Assembly (NCBI GenBank): GCA_002306315.1
Contig: DBRK01000003.1
Coordinates: 14,587 to 70,482, forward strand
DNA length: 55,896 nt
Direction: 5' to 3'
DNA from: Patescibacteria group bacterium UBA1370
Lineage (GTDB): Bacteria > Patescibacteriota > Microgenomatia > UBA1400 > PJMF01
Part shown: one piece after another, positions 33,442 through 40,576 of the stretch
Position numbering within the stretch: position 1 is the stretch's first letter
Layout: the number at the start of each line of letters is the position of its first letter
The notes under the pieces: generated by a model
The model's database searches: none
The model's input: the letters and a program-made list of their open reading frames with translations, nothing else
What the model was told of the DNA's origin: nothing
Made by a program: the position numbers and the translations under genes

Positions 33442-34386
33442 ATGCCATTGCTGCGCGACTTGATTCCTACCAACCTACAGCAAGAGAAACGCAAGTTTTT
33501 CTTTGATACCTCATATAATCCGCAATTCACTTACGTCAGGGAATTTCATCAACAAGAATGGGATAAATACGGTTTGCCAAAAAAAACCTACTTTGACCAT
33601 GCCCTGAAAATGATTGAGGACTATGGTGTTCCTCAACCGGTCCAACCGCCGTTTTGCACTCCGGAAGAAGTTGAAAGGGAAGTAACAGAGCTGTTTGCGC
33701 GGTTAGAATTGCCGGTGCTGCCGGTAAAATTTTCCAACAAATTTCCTTCTCAAGTTTCAATTACCGCCAAAGAATTACGTTTCCGGACACCGATGAAGTA
33801 TGGTCTGGAAAGTCTGCGCAACAAGCTCAATCACGAAATCCAAACCCACTATCTGCGCAAGCACAACCAACAATTACAAACCTGGGACCTTGGTTCAGAA
33901 AAAGTCAGACCACGTAATTTCCGCCTGACCGAAGAGGGTTTAGCCAACCTGCATTCCCATGTCGGCCGCGATGATGGCATTCTCCGCAAAACTTATTTGA
34001 ATTATTTTGCCGCTTACCAGGCTCAAAATTCTTCCTTCAGCGAGCTTTTCCACCAGCTGCTCGGCTTTGGGCTTTCGGAAAAATTTGCTTGGAATTTGAC
34101 TTTTAAACAAAAACGCGGGCTGACAGATACCAGCCAACCAGGCGGATTTTCCAAAAATCATCTTTATTTTGAAGGCTCGGTGCTGGTTCAGCGCTGGCTG
34201 GCGAACCCGAAAAATGACCCGCGCTTGCTTTACGCGGGCAGAATAGCACTTGAAGATGTGCCGGCTGTTCAGAAACTTTCAACTCACCCTCACACGATTT
34301 ATCCATTATTTATGCAAAATCTTGAAGAATATCGTGAGAAAATAGCTGAGTTAGGCAAAGCAAACAGGTTCGGAGAGCTGCCATGA
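33442..34386 (+). CDS. DUF1704 / QEGLA-motif (MATCAP-like) putative metallocarboxypeptidase
   Basis: 314 aa with HEIQTH (HExxxH) at aa 131-136 and TEEGLA at aa 163-168. Confidence 0.6.
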   Translation: MPLLRDLIPTNLQQEKRKFFFDTSYNPQFTYVREFHQQEWDKYGLPKKTYFDHALKMIEDYGVPQPVQPPFCTPEEVEREVTELFARLELPVLPVKFSNKFPSQVSITAKELRFRTPMKYGLESLRNKLNHEIQTHYLRKHNQQLQTWDLGSEKVRPRNFRLTEEGLANLHSHVGRDDGILRKTYLNYFAAYQAQNSSFSELFHQLLGFGLSEKFAWNLTFKQKRGLTDTSQPGGFSKNHLYFEGSVLVQRWLANPKNDPRLLYAGRIALEDVPAVQKLSTHPHTIYPLFMQNLEEYREKIAELGKANRFGELP

Positions 34387-34907
34387 GCAAACATGAAGCC
34401 TCAAAACACTCAAACCAGCCCGGCAAACTCAAACTCGAGGCGGTGATTTCTGATTTTTCCAATGTGTTGTTATTTGCCAGTGCTAATCAACCGCGCAGCC
34501 CGATGAGTTGGTATTACTCTGAGTTGCAAGGAGATGAAGATGAATTGGCAACTTTTTCTCTCAACGAAGAACTGCTGGAATACTACCTCGACTTGTCACA
34601 CCAAGGCATCCGCTGCGCCTTGTTGACAGCTGCCAACACTTTGCCGCGCCATCCGAGAATCAAGCCAATGTTGGACCGGGTCTTTGCGGAGTATTTTTTC
34701 AGCCAAGAAATCGGTCTCAGCAAAGCCGATCCCCGTTGCTATGAACACGTGCTGGCTGAACTGGGCACCAACCCTTATAACTCTTTGTTTATCGATGATA
34801 GCTTGAGCAATTGCCAAGCCGCGGAGTCCGTAGGATTGCAAACTCATCACTTTCAGGGCAATATCCATCTTTTTCGGGAAATCGAGAAAAAATTCAGCAT
34901 AAAATAA
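34383..34907 (+). CDS. HAD-superfamily hydrolase-like protein
   Basis: It has a 4-nt ATGA overlap with the upstream gene. Motif I is atypical (VISDFSNVLL, D-x-S). The C-terminus FIDDSLSNCQAAESVGLQTHHF is HAD motif IV-like. Confidence 0.55.
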   Translation: MSKHEASKHSNQPGKLKLEAVISDFSNVLLFASANQPRSPMSWYYSELQGDEDELATFSLNEELLEYYLDLSHQGIRCALLTAANTLPRHPRIKPMLDRVFAEYFFSQEIGLSKADPRCYEHVLAELGTNPYNSLFIDDSLSNCQAAESVGLQTHHFQGNIHLFREIEKKFSIK

Positions 34908-34978
34908 TTCGCAACCGCAACAATCTGCCAGTTTGTTGACTCACCACCGGCTGGAAAGGCGGGGAGTTTGCCCTTGGC

Positions 34979-34987
34979 TGATATAAT
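34979..34987 (+). promoter_or_regulatory. extended -10 promoter (TGaTATAAT) for mnmA
   Basis: TGATATAAT ends at 34987 and the ATG at 34999 is 11 nt downstream. No SD is visible. Confidence 0.45.
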
Positions 34988-34998
34988 AATCCATTCTT

Positions 34999-36207
34999 AT
35001 GAGCAAAATAAACCAGTTATACCAGCTGAGCGGAGCAGGGGCTAACAAAAAACGTCCCCGGGTTGCCGTGGGGATGTCCGGTGGTGTGGATTCATCGCTG
35101 GCAGCTCACTTGTTGGTGGAAGCCGGTTATGATGTCACCGGTGTTTTTCTTGAATGCTGGCGGGCACCTGGTTGCCGGAGCGAAGAAGACCGCCAGGATG
35201 CACTCAAGGTTGCACTGTCCCTAGATATTCCTTTTCAGGTACTTGATTTCAAACAAGCTTACCGGGAAAAAGTAGTCGAGTACTTTTTTCGCGAATACCA
35301 AGCCGGCCGCACTCCCAATCCGGATGTGTTGTGCAACAAAGAAATAAAATTCGGTCTATTTTATGACTGGGCTATGGCTGAAGGATTTGATTTTATCGCC
35401 ACCGGCCATTATGCCGCCAAAATTGAGGCTGAGAACATAGGTCCGTGCCTGGCAATTCCGGCAGATGCCAAAAAAGACCAGACTTATTTTATGTATTTGA
35501 TGACTGAAGACCACTTGGCGCACACCCTCTTCCCACTGGCGGGGTTGACCAAAACTCAGGTCCGCCAAGAAGCCCGCAAACGCAAGATTCACACCGCCGG
35601 CAAGAAGGATTCCGTGGGCATTTGCTTTATCGGTGACATCAACGTCCATGAGTTTCTCAAGGAGCGCCTGGGAGAAAATCCTGGCGAGGTGGTGGACACC
35701 TATGGCAACGTTATTGGCAGCCACCGGGGGCTGTGGTTCTATACCATCGGCCAGCGCAGCGGTTTTACCATCTGCCCGGTTACTGATATCACCAACAGCA
35801 GCGGTGAGACCATCAGTCGCCAAAACATTCCGCCTTTTTATGTCATCGGCAAGGATGGCCAGCGCAACCGGCTCATAGTTGGTTTTGGGCAAGAAACCTA
35901 CCGGGATACTTTTGAGGTCAGTGAGCTGCATCTGATCAATAATAAAGATATGGAACTACTGAAAAGACCGGACTTAATGGTAAGAATCCGCCACACCGGC
36001 GCGCTTATTCCTTGTCAGGTGGAGTGGGAGCAAGAGACTAAAAATGAAAACAGCCACCGGCTGAGAGTCATACTAGCAGAACCAACCAAGGGTATTGCCG
36101 AGGGACAGAGTGCGGTATTTTATCTCTCCGAGCAGAACGAGGCCAAGCATAGGGAAACCAACTCACCAGCGGTTGTATGCCTGGGCGGCGGGGTGATGGC
36201 TTCCTAG
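34999..36207 (+). CDS. mnmA: tRNA 2-thiouridine(34) synthase (tRNA-specific 2-thiouridylase)
   Basis: PP-loop VAVGMSGGVDSS, NPDVLCNKEIKF, ATGHYA, DQTYFM and the SVGICFIG motifs. Confidence 0.9.
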   Translation: MSKINQLYQLSGAGANKKRPRVAVGMSGGVDSSLAAHLLVEAGYDVTGVFLECWRAPGCRSEEDRQDALKVALSLDIPFQVLDFKQAYREKVVEYFFREYQAGRTPNPDVLCNKEIKFGLFYDWAMAEGFDFIATGHYAAKIEAENIGPCLAIPADAKKDQTYFMYLMTEDHLAHTLFPLAGLTKTQVRQEARKRKIHTAGKKDSVGICFIGDINVHEFLKERLGENPGEVVDTYGNVIGSHRGLWFYTIGQRSGFTICPVTDITNSSGETISRQNIPPFYVIGKDGQRNRLIVGFGQETYRDTFEVSELHLINNKDMELLKRPDLMVRIRHTGALIPCQVEWEQETKNENSHRLRVILAEPTKGIAEGQSAVFYLSEQNEAKHRETNSPAVVCLGGGVMAS

Positions 36208-37161
36208 GTGGGGATCCATTCCCAAAAATGCTTCAACTTGGGTAAGCTTTTGAAAAATTTGTCTCTCCTTCGATACCTGCGCAGCGGTTTCACTATCAGG
36301 ATCATAATCAGGAGTAAGAATTCTCCTAAGTATTTTAATTGCTTCTAGCTCATAACTAGCTTTTAATCCAGGTCCAACAACAAAGCGAATGCGTGCATCA
36401 CCAATTTTTATCCGGCGTAATTCAGTATTTGGCAGTTTTACCACACTTCCATCATCGGCTGTACGCATATATTTCAACTCACCATTCTCAACAGTTACTG
36501 CCTGAAATAAGATATGATCTATCTCCCCCTTCTTTCTCTCTACCAGACCTCCAAAGCCGCCGTAGATTTCAATCTTCATGACATCATTCCCATTCTCATC
36601 TAACACGGTCAATTCTCTAAAAAGGTAAGATTTTAAACCGCGGGTATGAGTTGCTTGTTCCGATTCATTTTTGTCAGTCACCCTTGCCAATCCCAACTCT
36701 TCAAGTTCCTTTAATGCTGCATCTATCTCCTCCCACATTTCCACTGGAACCAAGCAATCAATATCTTGCAATAATTCGCTATCAATTTGTGTTTTCCCAT
36801 CCTCATCTTGCTTGACAGGAATTAAACTTCCTCTGGTGAGAGTCAGTGCCCAAAGGTAAACAGCCAATGATCGAGTGACTACCAATGGTACACCGTGGGC
36901 CTCAAATACTTGCTGGATCCGCTCAAATGGTTGTAAGAATTCTTTTAAGGCGTTATATAGCTGTTGTTCCTTATAAAGATATTTGTAGTGTGCAGAATCA
37001 ATATCAGTTAACTTAGGATCAACTAGCTTACCTCTGTCAAGAAGACCATTTAGGTACGGGGGAAATTCCTCTCCCGGAAACAACGGAGCCGGATTTTCTA
37101 TAGCTTCCGTTTGTTCATCCACAACTGGTGGTGCAAGCAAATCACTTGATTCTCCGCTCAT
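36163..37161 (-). CDS. hypothetical protein, possibly nucleotidyltransferase-fold
   Basis: I trimmed to ATG 37161 (GGAG 9 nt upstream), because the longer ORF-track frame would cover the rrn promoters. GVPLVVTRSLAVYLW...LQDIDCLVP is loosely hG[GS]...DxD-like. The region is visibly AT-richer than its neighbours. Its 3' end overlaps mnmA by 45 nt. Confidence 0.4.
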   Translation of the reverse strand: MSGESSDLLAPPVVDEQTEAIENPAPLFPGEEFPPYLNGLLDRGKLVDPKLTDIDSAHYKYLYKEQQLYNALKEFLQPFERIQQVFEAHGVPLVVTRSLAVYLWALTLTRGSLIPVKQDEDGKTQIDSELLQDIDCLVPVEMWEEIDAALKELEELGLARVTDKNESEQATHTRGLKSYLFRELTVLDENGNDVMKIEIYGGFGGLVERKKGEIDHILFQAVTVENGELKYMRTADDGSVVKLPNTELRRIKIGDARIRFVVGPGLKASYELEAIKILRRILTPDYDPDSETAAQVSKERQIFQKLTQVEAFLGMDPHLGSHHPAAQAYNRW

Positions 37162-37226
37162 CTCAACTCCATTTTGGCAGGAATCCAGAGTCCTGTCCAG
37201 GGAGCGAGCCAACTTTATCTTTACCC

Positions 37227-37254
37227 TTGACACCTGGCAAGCAAATGATAAGAT
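37227..37254 (+). promoter_or_regulatory. possible upstream rrn promoter (TTGACA - 16 nt - TAAGAT)
   Basis: TTGACA at 37227-37232 and TAAGAT at 37249-37254. Confidence 0.3.
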
Positions 37255-37323
37255 ATAAATCCTTATTGAGATTAAGTCATTCCCTTGCGGAAAGAAACTA
37301 ATCTCCTCTTCAAAATCATTGGA

Positions 37324-37352
37324 TTGACAGCAAGATTCGGCCAGGAGATAAT
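37324..37352 (+). promoter_or_regulatory. rrn promoter (TTGACA - 17 nt - GATAAT)
   Basis: Consensus -35 at 37324-37329, a 17-nt spacer, and GATAAT at 37347-37352. A boxA-like element lies ~30 nt downstream. Confidence 0.55.
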
Positions 37353-37385
37353 TCACTCCTGTTCTTTTCGTTGTGAAAACAATGA

Positions 37386-37401
37386 GCCCTTTAACAATTT
37401 A
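37386..37401 (+). promoter_or_regulatory. boxA-like antitermination element in the 16S leader
   Basis: GCCCTTTAACAATTTA compared with E. coli rrn boxA GCTCTTTAACAATTTA (from memory) shows one mismatch. Confidence 0.55.
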
Positions 37402-37702
37402 AGAACTCTGACATAAACATGGTGGTAGCTGCCGTTAAATTAACGGACTTCTATCACTATGTGAACGAGTTGTTTGTCCAAACTAGTACTACTGGCGCAA
37501 GCCGGTGTACCAGCCAGGACAAACAACAAGTGTACAATGACAGAAAATCCGTTAATTCTCTTTGAAATGTTCCGGCAAACCTTGGCCGGAATAAGAGAGA
37601 ATGACCAAATAAATCGGGTCACGTAACAAAATAATTCAAAGAGCCTTCAAACATTCTAATTGAAGTTAATTTCAGCCTTCGGGCTGAACTGAAACTTTTT
37701 TT

Positions 37703-37738
<36 letters not shown>

Positions 37739-38726
37739 TGTGCCTTAAGCATGCAAGTCGAACGGAAGTCCGCCTTCGGGCGGACGAGAGTGGCAGACGG
37801 GTGAGTAACGCGTAGGAATCTACCCAGTAGTGGGGAATAGCCCACCGAAAGGTGGGGTAATACCGCATACGATCGCAAGATGAAAGCCTTCGGGCGCTAT
37901 TGGAGGAGCCTGCGTGCTATCAGCTAGTTGGTGGGGTAATGGCCTACCAAGGCGACGACGGCTAGCCGGTGTGAGAGCACGACCGGCCACAAGGCTACTG
38001 AGACACGGAGCCTACACCTACGGGTGGCAGCAACTGGGAATATTGCGCAATGGGCGAAAGCCTGACGCAGCGACACCGCGTGTGGGAAGACGTTCTTCGG
38101 AATGTAAACCACTGTGGCGAGGGATGAAGTTCTGACAGTACCTCGCTAGAAAGCATCAGCTAACTACGTGCCAGAAGCTTCGGTAATACGTGGGATGCAA
38201 GCGTTATCCGGATTTATTGGGCGTAAAGGGTCCGTCGGCGTTCCTGTAAGTTTCTTGTTCAAGCCTGAGGCTCAACTTCAGAAAGGCAAGGAAAACTGCA
38301 GGAATAGAGTTCGTTCGAGGAAATTGGAATTCTTGGTGGAGGGGTGAAATCCGTAGATATCAAGAGGAACACCATGCGCGAAGGCAGATTTCTAGGACGA
38401 TACTGACGCTCAGGGACGAAAGCTTGGGTAGCAAAAGGGATTAGAGACCCCTGTAGTCCAAGCCGTAAACACTCCTTGCTAGTTGTCCGCCTTAGGGCGG
38501 ATGACGCAAGCTAACGCGTTAAGCAAGGCGCCTGGGGAGTACGACCGCAAGGTTAAAACTCAAAGGAATTGACGGGGGAGCGCACAACCGGTGGAGCATG
38601 TGGTTTAATTCGATACAAAGCGAAAAACCTTACCCGGGTTTGACATGTACCTGCACGTTCTGGGAAACCAGAGCTTCTTCGAGAGTGGTACACAGGTGAT
38701 GCATGGCTGTCGTCAGCTCGTGTCGT

Positions 38727-39600
38727 GAACAAACAATCTCGCGACCCATACTAGAAATAGTATGAGAAAAATCTGGCTCATATCGGTGGAGTCCGGTTGC
38801 ATTCAGTTTTTGCAAGATTTAGCTTGTAAAATAGAGGCAATGGATAATACCGAGGGAAGTCGGGCAATTACGAGTGTCTTTAGGGCTCGAAAAAATCTTG
38901 AGCTCTGCTTAACTAATCGTCAGATGTCTATAGTCCTTGGTTCAATACTTGGTGATGCTTATATTTATCCAAAAGGAAAAATCTGTTTCGAGCATTCTCA
39001 TGCACAAAGAGAATTCCTTTTCTGGAAATACAGCGAGCTAAGAAACCTAGCTTATTCCTTCGTAGCGCAAGTGAGGAGAGTAGATAAGCGAACCAATAAA
39101 CCTACAGTTAGTTGGAGGTTTTTTCTCAGGCAATATTTCAAACCTTTGAGAATAGCCTTCTATCAGCACAATCGTAAGGTGATTCCCAGTGATCTCAGAT
39201 CTTGGATGTCACCACTATTGTTGGCTGTTTGGTATATGGACGATGGCAATCTAGACAAAAGCAAGTATCCAATTCTTATGACTGAAAACTACAGTAAACG
39301 GGATCTAAATCTTTTGGCAAGAATGCTAAAAGATTCGTTTCAACTTGATAGTAAAATCACGAATAAGAATAGAATTAGGATTAAAAGCAAAAGCAGAGAA
39401 CGGTTTTTTTCACTGATAGAGCCGCATATAACTAAAGATCTCAGATACAAATTGCCTTGACCCCGTAACGACTGGAGACCGTTAATCAGACGGTCGAAGA
39501 TCCGCTGCACGCGGATAACACGCCAGCCCCTACTTGACTGCACTAGCTGCAAGAGGGTGAAGGTATAGTCTGGCATTTAGGGTAATCTAAATGGTTATTG
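38727..39600 (+). mobile_element. 16S rRNA intervening sequence / putative group I-like intron carrying a homing endonuclease gene
   Basis: 16S similarity breaks after GTCGT (38722-38726) and resumes at GAGACGTCCACTTAAGTG...AACGAGCGCAACCC (39601). With these junctions the 5' exon ends in U and the insert ends in G. Confidence 0.75.
38762..39460 (+). CDS. LAGLIDADG homing endonuclease (double-motif)
   Basis: 232 aa with two LAGLIDADG-type motifs, IVLGSILGDAYIY and LLLAVWYMDDGNL. The composition is AT-rich. The ORF lies wholly inside the 16S insert. Confidence 0.85.
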   Translation: MRKIWLISVESGCIQFLQDLACKIEAMDNTEGSRAITSVFRARKNLELCLTNRQMSIVLGSILGDAYIYPKGKICFEHSHAQREFLFWKYSELRNLAYSFVAQVRRVDKRTNKPTVSWRFFLRQYFKPLRIAFYQHNRKVIPSDLRSWMSPLLLAVWYMDDGNLDKSKYPILMTENYSKRDLNLLARMLKDSFQLDSKITNKNRIRIKSKSRERFFSLIEPHITKDLRYKLP

Positions 39601-40186
39601 GAGACGTCCACTTAAGTGTGGTAACGAGCGCAACCCTTGCCGTATGTTATACGTGTCATACGGAACTGCCTGTGCTTTGCACGGGAGGAAGGAGAGGACG
39701 ACGTCAAGTCAGCATGTCCCTTACATCCGGGGCTACACACATCCTACAATGGAGCCGACAACAGGTAGCAAAGCCGCGAGGCAGAGCCAATCCTCCAAAA
39801 ACGGCCCCTCAGTTCGGATTGAAGGCTGCAATTCGCCTTCATGAAGCCGGAATCGGTAGTAATCGCAAATCAGCAGGTTGCGGTGAATACGTTCTCGCTC
39901 CTTGTACACACTGCCCGTCAAGCCAGCAAAGTCAGCAGCGCCCGAAGCGGGAGACCGTAACTCTTGTAGAGCGGCCCTTCTACGGCGAGGTTGGCGATGA
40001 GGACTAAGTCGTAACAAGGTATCCGTACTGGAAGGTGCGGATGGATCACCTCCTTTCTAAGGAGATGGGTAGGAGCATCACGACCTCCTGTTTCCCTCGT
40101 TCAGCAATGAACGAAAAATGTACCAAATCCCGTGGCCACCATACCCGGGTCGGCACTACCACCATGTTTGCGTCAGAGCAATTATT

Positions 40187-40211
40187 AATCCGCCGCCGAG
40201 CGGATTTTTTT
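40187..40211 (+). terminator. intrinsic terminator ~130 nt after the 16S 3' end
   Basis: AATCCGC (40187-40193), a 6-nt loop, GCGGATT (40200-40206), with T7 running to 40211. Confidence 0.7.
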
Positions 40212-40507
40212 GTGGGATTTTTTGAATATAGGGAAACTGCCATGGGTGCTCTTTTCATTTTGATGTTTTTTGTTATACTTTTGAAAAGTTATGGATAGGA
40301 TTCTTGAACGAGCTTTTAACGGTTTTCAGAACTCTAAAACCAAAAATAGGGCAAGGGAAGTAGTAATTTTTTCTGCTGAAGAGGATAGGGTGTTTCGAAA
40401 TTATATGGGTGCAGCGTTCCTTCTGAACCTTCCGACTGACGACTTACCCTCTCCAACTACATCATAATATATCTTGTTGTATCAATATTTTCCAGGTTTC
40501 ACTTTAA

Positions 40508-40534
40508 TTAGCAGACCACTGGCTATTCTGCTAA
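40508..40534 (+). promoter_or_regulatory. CIRCE-like inverted repeat upstream of clpB
   Basis: TTAGCAGAC-N9-TTCTGCTAA against the CIRCE consensus TTAGCACTC-N9-GAGTGCTAA matches 13 of 18 positions with exact 9-nt spacing. It lies 42 nt upstream of the clpB ATG. Confidence 0.45.
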
Positions 40535-40576
40535 TTCACTCTTCACATCTGAATACCTCCTCGGTACAATATCGAC

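Noticed and set aside
37162-37356. The N-terminal extension of ORF 36163-37356(-).
   Set aside because: It would run through the two TTGACA rrn promoters. ATG 37161 has a GGAG SD, and the extension (MNYLLAESCCQSNDFEEE...) has no supporting features.
40242-40298. Tiny hydrophobic ORF (MGALFILMFFVILLKSYG, 18 aa) just after the 16S terminator.
   Set aside because: It has only a weak AGGGA upstream, no conservation evidence is available, and it could arise by chance in an AT-rich spacer. I note it only as something to check if the region is transcribed.
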